DNA of 64,000 nt from Candidatus Parcubacteria bacterium (GCA_026395595.1 JAPLYL010000003.1:76136-140135), one strand, 5' to 3'; numbered from the stretch's first letter, positions 17,299 through 26,318 are shown. Translations and numbers: made by a program. The notes: generated by a model not told the origin, from the sequence alone.

Positions 17299-18249
17299 GT
17301 GAAGATATCCAACATGGTACGACGCGCAATCGTTTATTATTTGAATAAATTTTTTATATCTATGGACAAGGTACTTATTCGGATCCACGAAAATATGGAG
17401 TCGGTAAAAAGAATGTCTCAAGATGAAAATCCAATGGAATTCTGGTCGGCTCGCGATTTGATGCCGCTATTGGGTTATTCCACTTGGCGTCAGTTTTCTG
17501 AGTCCATTGAACGGGCAAAAAACGCATGTAAAACAAGTGATCAGGTTGTTGATAGCCACTTTTTGCCGGCGCCGGCAAAAAGTCATGGAGGTCGTCCACA
17601 AGAAGATTATTATCTCACTCGCTATGCCTGTTATCTTATTGCTCAAAACGGCGACCCGCGTAAACCAGAGATTGCACTCGCTCAAACATATTTTGCAACA
17701 CAGACGAGAAAACAAGAACTTTTAGAAAAAAGAGAATACGAAGATAAACGTTTGGAATCGCGCGCAAAACTCAAAGATACGGAAAAGAAAATTGAGGGGA
17801 CGGTCTATCAGAGGGGTATCCGACTTCCTGTTGAGTTTGCAACTTTTAAAAATAAACACATTGAAGCACTCTATGGCGAAATCACCGCCGGCGAATTGAA
17901 ACGAATCCGAAAAATTCCGGGAGGTCAGTCGCTTGCCGATTTTGACAGTAATGTGGAGTTGAAGGCAAAAGATTTTGCACTCGCTATGACCGACCACAAC
18001 ATAAAAGAGAAAAATATTTTCGGAAAAGAAGCGATGAATGCCGAGGTTGTTAAAAACAGCAAAGAAACCCGACAAGCATTGCTTAATCGCGGAATCAAGC
18101 CTGAACTAATAAAACCGGAAGAAGATTTGAAAGTCATAGCAATAAGACGAAAAAAAGAGGAGAACCAAATAAAACCTCAAGCAAAACCAAAACTCATTGA
18201 GGGGAAGAAGAAAAATAGTAATGGGGACAGCCACCACCATTCTTTTTAA
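17299..18249 (+). CDS. dinD: DNA-damage-inducible protein D (DinD family). The real start may be the Met at 17362 or 17395.
   Basis: MEFWSARDLMPLLGY ... IERAKNACKTSDQVVDSHF matches E. coli DinD (EFWSARDLAPLLEY ... IEKAKTACENSGQ ... DHF). An extended -10 element tgGTATTAT lies at about 17252. Confidence 0.6.
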   Translation: MKISNMVRRAIVYYLNKFFISMDKVLIRIHENMESVKRMSQDENPMEFWSARDLMPLLGYSTWRQFSESIERAKNACKTSDQVVDSHFLPAPAKSHGGRPQEDYYLTRYACYLIAQNGDPRKPEIALAQTYFATQTRKQELLEKREYEDKRLESRAKLKDTEKKIEGTVYQRGIRLPVEFATFKNKHIEALYGEITAGELKRIRKIPGGQSLADFDSNVELKAKDFALAMTDHNIKEKNIFGKEAMNAEVVKNSKETRQALLNRGIKPELIKPEEDLKVIAIRRKKEENQIKPQAKPKLIEGKKKNSNGDSHHHSF

Positions 18250-18271
18250 AAACCGCACATTAATTTTACCT

Positions 18272-18397
18272 CGCCCAAGAGCCGTCGTTGTGGTAATCTG
18301 ATATTAAGCCCTTCGGCTCGTTTTGCTCGCTCAGGATAAACAAATCCGCCTTGCAAGGCTTGGTTTCGCATGGTTCTGGTCCGAGGGCGACAGCGAG
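18272..18397. repeat. Island repeat family C, copy 3. It starts 23 nt after the dinD stop and has a 33-nt insertion relative to copy 1.
   Basis: It is near-identical to copy 1 outside the insertion. Confidence 0.6.
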
Positions 18398-18429
18398 CTT
18401 GAGATAAGTTCGGAGTCCGAGAAGCATTA

Positions 18430-18992
18430 AATCAACCACCCCGCCCCGAAGGGGACGGGGTATGAACAGAACATGGGTGTCAATTCCACAGCGTGGGCTG
18501 CGTGGTAATTCCCATCGTCTTTCCTTGGTTCTCGACATACTGCTTTACGGTATTCCAATTCCCCCGTTCGCTTACAGTGGCAAGGTAATATCCATCGCTC
18601 CAAAATTCACCTCCCCAAAGTTTTTTCCGCAATTCAGGAAATCGCTTGAACAATTCCCGAGCAGTTATACTCTTAAACATTCCTACGATTTGTGAACCCT
18701 TATATTTTGGATGAAAAGAACAGAGTATATGAATATGATTACCATCGGTGCCTACTTTCTCAAACTCAATTTCGTACCTCTCTTCTATTTCCTTAGCGAT
18801 TTCCAGAATTGCTCCTTTTATTTCCTCACTAAGTAATGACTTCCGATACTTTACCGGAAAGACGATATGGTAGTGCGTATCATATACGCAGTGATTGCTT
18901 CGAGTGACACCCATGTTGCTATTATATCAGAAAACCGAGGGTTTTCAGACTTTCCTACACGGTTCCCGCCCCAAGGGGCGGGGTAAGGGCTT
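18430..18992 (-). mobile_element. IS200/IS605-family insertion sequence with minimal tnpA only. It has subterminal hairpins at both ends.
   Basis: tnpA has the HuH motif YDTHYHIVF and a YYLATV catalytic tyrosine region. The hairpins ccccgcccc-gaa-ggggacgggg (18438-18461) and cccgcccc-aa-ggggcggg (18965-18982) flank the gene. Confidence 0.75.
18480..18914 (-). CDS. tnpA: IS200/IS605 family transposase TnpA (Y1 HuH).
   Basis: The 144-aa protein MGVTRSNHCVYDTHYHIVFPVKYRKSLL... is a textbook IS200 TnpA. Confidence 0.85.
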   Translation of the reverse strand: MGVTRSNHCVYDTHYHIVFPVKYRKSLLSEEIKGAILEIAKEIEERYEIEFEKVGTDGNHIHILCSFHPKYKGSQIVGMFKSITARELFKRFPELRKKLWGGEFWSDGYYLATVSERGNWNTVKQYVENQGKTMGITTQPTLWN

Positions 18993-19021
18993 CGCCAATT
19001 TAGTAATAATCTTTTATAAAT

Positions 19022-19558
19022 ATGGATGAACAATGGTACACAATAACTGGAGGAATCGATGTCAATACGGCGCATAACTTAATTACATATATCAATGGAC
19101 AGATTTATAGTTCCAATATTAAAAAATTAAAAATAATTATTTCATCAACTGGAGGAGATGTAGATTCGGCCATCCGAATTTACTCGTATCTAAAGGCATT
19201 ATCTATCGACATTGAAACAATCGCTTTTAGTCAAATTGATTCGGCCGCAAATATTATTTATGCAGCTGGCAGTAAACGTATCGCCATAAAGGGTTGCCGA
19301 TTTTTCCTACACGAAGGAACCTTTACCACAGGTACTCAGACAACGACTCTTCACAATCACGAAGAGGTACTTACTATCTTTAAAGAGTTACTAAAGAAAC
19401 ATACAAGTATTCTCTCAAAAGAAACTGGGAAAAAAGAAAAGGAGATCACCAAACTCTTAACAGAAAGTACAATTCTGACGGCAGAAAAAGCGAAGGAATT
19501 GGGATTAGTCCACGAGATTATGGAAAAGCTTCCACTTACAAAACAAACCCTAAGTTAG
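19022..19558 (+). CDS. ClpP-like (S14 / Clp-fold) serine peptidase homolog.
   Basis: STGGDVDSAIRIYSYLKA ... IAFSQIDSAANIIYAAGSKRIAIKGCRFFLHEG aligns with ClpP INSPGGSVTAGLAIYDTM ... GQAASMGAFLLTAGAKGKR ... MIHQP. A Ser and a His are retained. Confidence 0.5.
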   Translation: MDEQWYTITGGIDVNTAHNLITYINGQIYSSNIKKLKIIISSTGGDVDSAIRIYSYLKALSIDIETIAFSQIDSAANIIYAAGSKRIAIKGCRFFLHEGTFTTGTQTTTLHNHEEVLTIFKELLKKHTSILSKETGKKEKEITKLLTESTILTAEKAKELGLVHEIMEKLPLTKQTLS

Positions 19559-19688
19559 CATCCCGAGGTGTGTCGAAATGTTGGTAATGGAGTCAGATCC
19601 GTTTTACGTTTTAACTTGTTGTAGTTAAGGATCCTCAGGCAAGAATTATTTTTACAATAACAAATAATAAAGAAGACGAAGTTTAAAT

Positions 19689-20162
19689 ATGGAATTTAAT
19701 GCTGTAGATAAATATCGCAGTATGTTGCGTTCATACGATAGATTAAAAAAGATAGAAATTGACAACGGAAACACTATTAGTAATTCTGAATCCAGAGATG
19801 CTGTCGAAGATTTTTTTAATCAATGTTATCACTTAAAAGATTGGATAAAGAAAGATAAAGGGATAAATCTTCCTCTGAACATCGAAGACTATATTAACAA
19901 AAGTCATTTTTTGTCTCTTTCCGCAGATTACTGCAACACTTTTAAACATGCTGGCTTAGATTATAATAGGTCGGACAAAAAACTAGAAAAAATAAATACC
20001 CATATAAATTTTGATCTTACTCCGAGGGGTTTTGTTGCTTCATCAAGACTAGAGTTGACAATTAGTGGTGAAAAATATGATGCATTTGAACTGGCAACTA
20101 ATTGTCTAGAGGATTGGGAAAAATTTATTGTTTCAAATAATATAATATTTCCCAATCCTTAG
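19689..20162 (+). CDS. Hypothetical protein of 157 aa downstream of the ClpP-like gene.
   Basis: It is an intact ORF with no recognised family. Confidence 0.4.
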   Translation: MEFNAVDKYRSMLRSYDRLKKIEIDNGNTISNSESRDAVEDFFNQCYHLKDWIKKDKGINLPLNIEDYINKSHFLSLSADYCNTFKHAGLDYNRSDKKLEKINTHINFDLTPRGFVASSRLELTISGEKYDAFELATNCLEDWEKFIVSNNIIFPNP

Positions 20163-20217
20163 AGATAAGTATAATGGATAGATAATGATAAGGGGGTCTG
20201 ACCGCATTAGCTTTTTT

Positions 20218-20248
20218 CTTGCCTTTGTTTATTTTGTCGTGCTATAAT
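20218..20248 (+). promoter_or_regulatory. Promoter with an extended -10 (gTGcTATAAT) and a TTGCCT -35-like hexamer.
   Basis: The motifs were read directly at 20218-20223 and 20240-20248. It drives the structured RNA candidate downstream. Confidence 0.45.
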
Positions 20249-20254
20249 ATGCGT

Positions 20255-20415
20255 ACAATTGAATAAGTAAGTAGCCTAAACCGATAGTCGTATCGGCATG
20301 GTGAAAAAAAGTCCCGCAAAGACATAAAAAACCCATCATGTGGGGTGTCTTTGCGGGCCATATCGGGAAACCGGTATGAGGGGCTTCGGTCTCTACTCAC
20401 GTGGTGGGCTTTTTG
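20255..20415 (+). ncRNA. Candidate structured small RNA or cis-regulatory leader of about 160 nt. It has a pseudoknot, GAAA and UUCG tetraloop hairpins, and a terminator-like 3' end.
   Basis: Hairpin ccgatagtcgtatcgg is present. A 12-bp helix pairs gtcccgcaaagaca with tgtctttgcggg. A pseudoknot pairs cccaucaugug (inside that loop) with cacguggugggc, including G-U pairs. The GNRA hairpin cgg-gaaa-ccg and the UUCG hairpin gaggggc-uucg-gucuc are present. The RNA ends in a U-run. The G/C-rich reading frame 20340-20461 is not protein-like. Confidence 0.45.
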
Positions 20416-20461
20416 TGTCTCTGAATGCCTACCATAAAAATTATCAATGTATTTTTTATAG

Positions 20462-20756
20462 TATGGAAAATAAACCGATTATTTCACTCAAAGGTGAAGA
20501 TGGACGCGTTGAGCTTTTTGAAGACATGGTAAAGATACGAGAGAGGAGTATTCCCATTAGAGAAATTTTATCTTTAAAAATTAAAAGGCCGGGAAGCACG
20601 CCAGGTTTTTTACATTTTTCCTTAGAGGGTAATATCGCGTCACGCGAATGGACAATCGGGTGTATTCCGGATGAAAACACCCTGTGTTTTTTAGGAAAAG
20701 AAGAATATGATCAAGCGCTTGATTTTTTGAAATACTTTGAGATGCGAAATAAATAA
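20462..20756 (+). CDS. Small hypothetical protein, possibly a bacterial PH-like domain. Its start was re-assigned to the Met of MENKPIIS.
   Basis: The track ORF starts at 20340 inside the structured RNA. The protein-like sequence begins at 20462. No firm homology was found. Confidence 0.4.
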
Positions 20757-20808
20757 TCTTTCCGCTCGTCTTCTCTTACGGGGTCATTATTGATATAATC
20801 GTCTCATT

Positions 20809-21603
20809 ATGGAAACGATTAAAAACAATCTTCCGGAGAAAAAGCCTTTGGAACATCTTAAGGAAGGGGTGGCTCCCATTATGGCGTGTATTGGTACGCG
20901 AGATGACTTTGAAAAAGAGCCGACGCTCGGGCTGACCGACCGCTTGGGTTTTTGGGGAGAAAATAAACAGAATCTTTTTGTGGATTATTATGCGTACCCT
21001 TATGAAAATAATGCCAAGGGTATAAAAAACGCCGGAGAAAAAACCTACGCTATTTCAGAAATAAGCGACCTCAATAAATTTTCTTTAAAGTATAAAAATT
21101 GTACGGGGGTTATTGTCTCGGGGCAAGACAAAACGAATGGGAAAAATATCTCCTTCTTCACTCATCAGGATTCCATGAAGGTGCTTCCTGAAGGCGAAGT
21201 AAGAAGACAATTTCTTGCCGATCTCAAATGGCGTTTGAAAGAAATGGAAAGCCGGTGTATTCCAGGAACGATAGATGCGGTAATCTTCGGGGGAAATTAC
21301 TTGAATTCTGACGTGGAAGAAAAGAAAGATCCGAATCATAAATTTGGTCCTCGGACTGAATTTGAAAAAAACTATAAGGATTCTATTCACTTGCTTTCTG
21401 AACAAATTTCCGATGTTCTCGGTTTTCAGCCGACCATTATTGCCGGCCCAAAAACGACAATGGGTAGTGATGATGCCATTTATGACAATGAACACAGAAG
21501 GCTTTATCTTCGCCGTCCGGAAATAGGAGAGACTTCTTCTGAAAGTTTTAAGCCCGAAGCAGTAGAAGGAAGAGAAGAACAGTGGAAAAAGGAATGGAAA
21601 TAA
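20809..21603 (+). CDS. Hypothetical protein of 264 aa.
   Basis: It is an intact ORF with no recognised family. Confidence 0.45.
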   Translation: METIKNNLPEKKPLEHLKEGVAPIMACIGTRDDFEKEPTLGLTDRLGFWGENKQNLFVDYYAYPYENNAKGIKNAGEKTYAISEISDLNKFSLKYKNCTGVIVSGQDKTNGKNISFFTHQDSMKVLPEGEVRRQFLADLKWRLKEMESRCIPGTIDAVIFGGNYLNSDVEEKKDPNHKFGPRTEFEKNYKDSIHLLSEQISDVLGFQPTIIAGPKTTMGSDDAIYDNEHRRLYLRRPEIGETSSESFKPEAVEGREEQWKKEWK

Positions 21604-21663
21604 GGCTTTGTCCAGTGGATTTTCTGTTTCATCCTGTGATATCATGATAAGCACTTTCTTATC

Positions 21664-22731
21664 ATGAAAAATACTCAAAAGAAAAAGGGAATACCGGAGA
21701 TTGTTGTAAACCCGCAACGGTCTTTTTTTGATGATAGTATGAAGAAAAAAGCTCTTTTGCTCATTTTAGTTTTTATAATCGGAGGCGTCTTGGGTACGTT
21801 TGTTACTCATTTTATCATGAAAGGGCAGGTTGAAATGGCTTATAAACAGATCCATCCGGTTCGGGAAAAAAATTCTACCTATCAATATATCAATCCTCTT
21901 TTGGCATGCAGTATCCCGAACAGTAAAGAATTTTTCACGAACCTTCCTCTGGAAAACAAAATAAAAAATTTGATAGACGAAGAAAAAGCTTCAGGGAAAA
22001 TAAATTCCGTTTCCGTTTATTATCGCGATCTCGTTTACGGTAGGTGGGTTGGGATTGATGAGAATCAAAAATATGATCCCGCGAGCATGTTGAAGGTTGT
22101 CATTATGATGGCGTTTTATAAACAAGCGGAAGGGGATTCGAATATCTTGAATAAGTATATTGATTACACTCCTGATGTAGCTGATGAAATATCCGCGGTT
22201 CCTCTTCAAGCACCGTCCTCTTTAAAAATCGGCGGAAGATATACGGTAGAAAAATTGATAGAGGCGATGATTGTTGATTCTGACAACGGCGCAAAAAATG
22301 CACTCCTTCTCAGTGTAGATGAACGTTCTCTCTCTGAAACGTATACCGATTTGGGAATAGAAAATCCTGATGATATGAAAGGAAGCTACATCATATCGGC
22401 AAAATCCTATTCTCTCTTTTTCAGAATTTTATACAACGCGACGTATTTAAACAAAGAGTTGTCGGAAAAAGCGCTTGGAGTATTAGCCCGCGCGGAATAC
22501 AAGGAGGGTATTGCTGCCGGAGTGCCTTCTTCTGTTTTTGTGGCTCAAAAATTCGGAGAGCACATTGAGTCAAGCGATAACGTCATCGTTTATGAACTGC
22601 ATAATTGCGGAATCGTCTATAAACCGGAAAAGCCGTATTTGCTCTGTGTGATGACTAAAGGAAAAGACCTCTCTCTTTTGACAAAGGCAATACAGGATAT
22701 CTCGCGAATCATTTATTCCTCTGAAGACTAA
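21664..22731 (+). CDS. Membrane-anchored serine hydrolase of the class A beta-lactamase / PBP-like fold.
   Basis: An N-terminal TM helix is present. The SxxK motif (ASMLK) and the SDN motif (VDSDNGAKNALL) are spaced as in class A enzymes. The KTG motif is not obvious. Confidence 0.5.
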   Translation: MKNTQKKKGIPEIVVNPQRSFFDDSMKKKALLLILVFIIGGVLGTFVTHFIMKGQVEMAYKQIHPVREKNSTYQYINPLLACSIPNSKEFFTNLPLENKIKNLIDEEKASGKINSVSVYYRDLVYGRWVGIDENQKYDPASMLKVVIMMAFYKQAEGDSNILNKYIDYTPDVADEISAVPLQAPSSLKIGGRYTVEKLIEAMIVDSDNGAKNALLLSVDERSLSETYTDLGIENPDDMKGSYIISAKSYSLFFRILYNATYLNKELSEKALGVLARAEYKEGIAAGVPSSVFVAQKFGEHIESSDNVIVYELHNCGIVYKPEKPYLLCVMTKGKDLSLLTKAIQDISRIIYSSED

Positions 22732-22740
22732 AGGGTCTTC

Positions 22741-24228
22741 TTATCTTTGTATTTTTTTATGCATCTCTCTTGAAAGAGAGATGTTCTCTTCCGTGATGGT
22801 TTTGGAAAGTCCGATATACTTTGCTTTTTTGAGAACAGGAGCTTCAAAGATTTCTGCGCTCGTTGCCGATATCGGTCCATCTACCGTCTGAAGCAAGGGC
22901 GCTTTGAATACGCGAGCGCGAAAAGCATTAAGCAATCCGCCCACTGATGTCAGGTTTGGCATATTAAACTCAACCGCTTCTCCCGTATTGAGCGATTCAC
23001 CGACAAACTCCAGTTGCGGAGCTTGAAAATCTTTGGCGGTTTTTGCTTCCACAAAACCGTTTACCGATACGAGATTATCATACAAGAAAACAGAAGAAGA
23101 ATCCGTCATGTTTCCCGCCCACTCAGTTATTCCATGTTTTATTTCCGGACGAAGATTTGTGAGATTTGTTGCCACTGACGGAATTTTTGAAATGAATTCG
23201 GTCTCTTCTCCTGTTGTTTCTTTTGTCATTTCAATTTTTCCGGATAAGACCAGCGCGTCTTTTTTAGGATCATATTCACTAAAAGGAATTTCTCCCCGTT
23301 CCGTACAAAGATGGTTCGGCGCGACAATGATGTCTTCCGACGCTTCACGATATACCGATGTTATTTTTCTTTTCTTTCCGTCGTCATCGGTCGTTTCCTC
23401 CATTTTTTTCAGTACCTCTATAAATTCGCCGAAGAACGGATCGGAAGGAAGAAGTTTCGCTTCATAGACCTTTTTGATTTGAGTGAGCGATCTTTTTATT
23501 CTATTGTACTCAAAAGTGATGACAGGCTTATCTCCTTCTTTCTCTTTGAACGAAAAAGTATCGATGTCTCCCGCTTTCATTCTATATATATAGGAGCTTG
23601 CGCTGGTTGGAGCGCCGATACAGTGATGCATCTCTTTTCCCTCTTGTTCCAAATGAGGCTGGTTGAGAAGGCGCGCTAAATAATATCTTCCCGAATTCGT
23701 TTCAAATTCAATGAGGTAAGGGTTATAAGATTCTTTGTCGTTAAGATTGATCCGTTTTTTTATTTCTTCGCGCGTCTGTTTGATTGTTTTTGTTTTATAA
23801 TTTTCCACCAGATTTTTGAGTGGTCCTTTAAGAAAGTTCGGTGTTTCAAAGATTGCTTGACGGAGCATAGCGATATCTATTTCATTATTCTCTTGAAAGT
23901 ATTGTAAAAGTTTGAGGCGGAGCACGGCAGATTTTGCCGGTGAAAGATCAAGAGAAAGAGAACAGAGGGCGTCGTCTGCCTTTTGTCGTATTTCTTGACG
24001 GTTTTTCTCCGGGATTTTTTTGATTGCTTCATTTGCTTCTCCCTCAATTTTTTGAAGGAATTCCTGCTCATACTTTTGTTCAGAGGACTCCTTGGTTTCG
24101 TGTTCAAGTTTTGTTTCCATGTTTGTTTTCTTGTTTATATCTCCGATTATATCCCATAAAACGCAACAGCAAAAGTAATTTTTGAGTTTCTTGCTTTGTT
24201 CTGATATACTCAAAACATATGGATACAA
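22741..24228 (-). CDS. Hypothetical protein of 495 aa with C-terminal BspA-like leucine-rich repeats (F.AP.L..V.G units).
   Basis: Repeated segments of about 22 aa recur: FQAPQLEFVGESL, FNMPNLTSVGGLL, FKAPLLQTVDGPI and FEAPVLKKAKYIGL. Confidence 0.5.
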   Translation of the reverse strand: MYPYVLSISEQSKKLKNYFCCCVLWDIIGDINKKTNMETKLEHETKESSEQKYEQEFLQKIEGEANEAIKKIPEKNRQEIRQKADDALCSLSLDLSPAKSAVLRLKLLQYFQENNEIDIAMLRQAIFETPNFLKGPLKNLVENYKTKTIKQTREEIKKRINLNDKESYNPYLIEFETNSGRYYLARLLNQPHLEQEGKEMHHCIGAPTSASSYIYRMKAGDIDTFSFKEKEGDKPVITFEYNRIKRSLTQIKKVYEAKLLPSDPFFGEFIEVLKKMEETTDDDGKKRKITSVYREASEDIIVAPNHLCTERGEIPFSEYDPKKDALVLSGKIEMTKETTGEETEFISKIPSVATNLTNLRPEIKHGITEWAGNMTDSSSVFLYDNLVSVNGFVEAKTAKDFQAPQLEFVGESLNTGEAVEFNMPNLTSVGGLLNAFRARVFKAPLLQTVDGPISATSAEIFEAPVLKKAKYIGLSKTITEENISLSREMHKKIQR

Positions 24229-25337
24229 ATTATACTCCTCGCGAGAAAAATAATGGATCGTCAGCGCGCTTTTGGATTATCACCGGTGTGTTGTTTTTTG
24301 GAGCTTTGTTTTTTTTCGGAGCTCAATACCAAGAAAATGCAAAATCTTTGACCTATGAAAGAAAACAGAAAATGAAACCCTTGCCTCCTCCGAAACCGGT
24401 GCTTGATAAAGTCGCTTATGATAAAAAATTGGCGAGAATGGCCAATAACATGGTGCTGAGTGTTTCCACTTCCACTGGCGCTTCAACATATGTTCTCGCG
24501 ACTTCCACTGAAAATTATCTTTGGCCGGTAAAAACCGTATACCCGAACCCCGGAGCCATTCTTCCTTTTCATCGTATCATTGCCTACTATGGAAATTTAT
24601 ACTCTACGAAAATGGGCGTGCTTGGCGAATATCCGGAAGATGAAATGCTTGCGAGACTTGATATTGAGATGGCAAAATGGAATAAAGCCGACCCAAAAAC
24701 TCCCGCCATGCCCGCGCTTCACTATATTGCGGCTACCGCGCAAGGTTCTGCCGGAAAAGAAGGGAAATATATTCTCCGTATGCCGGACAGTCAGATAGAC
24801 GAGGTGTTGAGAATCGCTAAAAAAAGAGATGCCATTGTCTTTTTAGATCTTCAGGTTGCTTTGAGCAATCTACAGAAAGAACTTCCTTACATTGAAAAAT
24901 ATCTGAAGATGCCCCAAGTCCATCTGGGAATTGATCCGGAATTTTCGATGAAGTCGGGAGCAAGACCGGGAACTGAAGTTGGCACGTATGACGCGGCCGA
25001 TATAAATTATGCGGCGAATTATTTGGCGAAACTCGTTCGCGAGAATAATCTTCCTCCGAAGGTTCTCGTCGTTCACCGATATACTCAAGCAATGGTGACG
25101 AACTACAAAGCGATCAAACCTTTGCCCGAAGTACAGATTGTCATGCATATGGACGGATGGGGTCCGGCTCCGAAAAAGATAAATACCTATCAGAGGTTTA
25201 TTTATGGCGAGCCGGTTCAATTTACCGGTTTCAAACTTTTCTATAAAAATGACATTTGGAATCCCGGTACAAAACTTATGACGCCGGAAGATCTGCTTAA
25301 ACTCAAGCCTCAGCCGGTATATATACAGTATCAGTAA
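24219..25337 (+). CDS. Hypothetical membrane-anchored or secreted protein of 372 aa.
   Basis: There is an N-terminal TM helix or signal peptide (FWIITGVLFFGALFFFGA). No confident family was found. Confidence 0.5.
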   Translation: MDTNYTPREKNNGSSARFWIITGVLFFGALFFFGAQYQENAKSLTYERKQKMKPLPPPKPVLDKVAYDKKLARMANNMVLSVSTSTGASTYVLATSTENYLWPVKTVYPNPGAILPFHRIIAYYGNLYSTKMGVLGEYPEDEMLARLDIEMAKWNKADPKTPAMPALHYIAATAQGSAGKEGKYILRMPDSQIDEVLRIAKKRDAIVFLDLQVALSNLQKELPYIEKYLKMPQVHLGIDPEFSMKSGARPGTEVGTYDAADINYAANYLAKLVRENNLPPKVLVVHRYTQAMVTNYKAIKPLPEVQIVMHMDGWGPAPKKINTYQRFIYGEPVQFTGFKLFYKNDIWNPGTKLMTPEDLLKLKPQPVYIQYQ

Positions 25338-25388
25338 AAAATGATACCGTAGAAAAAGATTTCTTTTTAGAAAAAAAAAGGGGGGGTT

Positions 25389-26183
25389 TTGTACGCTCAA
25401 AAGTGGCACTATTGCATGGCCGTTATTGTTTTTGTCGCGTTAATTTTAATTTCACTGACAGCAGGAGGATCTTCAATGAATGTTTGGTCTGAAACAATTC
25501 AAAGTAAATTTTTAAAGATAGGGCATCGCGGAGCGATGGGGTATGAGCCGGAAAATACGATTCGTTCGTTTCGAAAAGCGATTGATCTCGGTGTTGATGC
25601 GGTTGAATTAGATGTCCGTATTTGTGAGAGCGGGGAAGTTGTCGTGATTCACGATGATCGCGTTGACGGTACGACTGATGGAATGGGTTTTGTTCGTGAT
25701 AAAGCTTTGGAAGAATTAAAAAAACTTGATGCGGGGAAAGGAGAAAAAATTCCTTTGCTTACAGAAGTTTTGGATGCGGTTAAAAAAAGCGCTATCATTG
25801 ACATTGAACTCAAAGAAGTGGGGACGGCGGGACCTGTTGCGGAAATCATACGGCAATATATTTTGAGAAGGCGATGGGGTTACGATTTATTTATCGTTTC
25901 TTCTTTTCTTCCCGATGAGCTGAAAGATTTTAAGAAGCTGATACCGGATATTAAAGTTTCTCTTCTCGGAAATTCGTCGCGGGATTTGCTTCTTTTGGGG
26001 CAGAAACTTTTAGTAAGCTCTCTTGCTGTTCATTATGGGGCAGTCACCGAAGATTTTATCGCTGAGGCTCATAGGAAAAAAATGGAAGTTTTTGTCTGGA
26101 CGGTAAATCATGAAAATGATATTGCAAGAATGAAATCGCTTGGCGTTGACGGGATCATCTCTGACTTTCCGAATAAGCTTTAG
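25389..26183 (+). CDS. Glycerophosphodiester phosphodiesterase (GDPD family).
   Basis: GHRGAMGYEPENTIRSF ... VELDVRICESGEVVVIHDD is the canonical GDPD active-site region. An N-terminal TM helix is present. Confidence 0.85.
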   Translation: MYAQKWHYCMAVIVFVALILISLTAGGSSMNVWSETIQSKFLKIGHRGAMGYEPENTIRSFRKAIDLGVDAVELDVRICESGEVVVIHDDRVDGTTDGMGFVRDKALEELKKLDAGKGEKIPLLTEVLDAVKKSAIIDIELKEVGTAGPVAEIIRQYILRRRWGYDLFIVSSFLPDELKDFKKLIPDIKVSLLGNSSRDLLLLGQKLLVSSLAVHYGAVTEDFIAEAHRKKMEVFVWTVNHENDIARMKSLGVDGIISDFPNKL

Positions 26184-26318
26184 AAAAGAGATGTCATCGG
26201 GTCATTATCCTTTTGATTCCCGCGGTTACTTGCATTATTTGAAATAATATGGTATTATCCTTATTAGGAATTTCATATAATTTCTGTTCTTATAACAAGA
26301 CAACCGGAGGAAAAAAAG

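Noticed and set aside
20255-20415. RNase P RNA, SRP RNA or tmRNA assignment for the structured RNA candidate.
   Set aside because: It is too short for RNase P. It lacks the CR-I/CR-V cores, the SRP domain-IV GGAA/AGCAG motifs, and a tRNA-like acceptor/T-arm end. It is kept as an unclassified candidate.
20340-20461. N-terminal extension of the PH-like protein ORF (track start 20340).
   Set aside because: The region encodes a Gly/Cys/Arg-rich peptide that coincides with the GC-rich RNA helices. Protein-like sequence begins at Met 20462.
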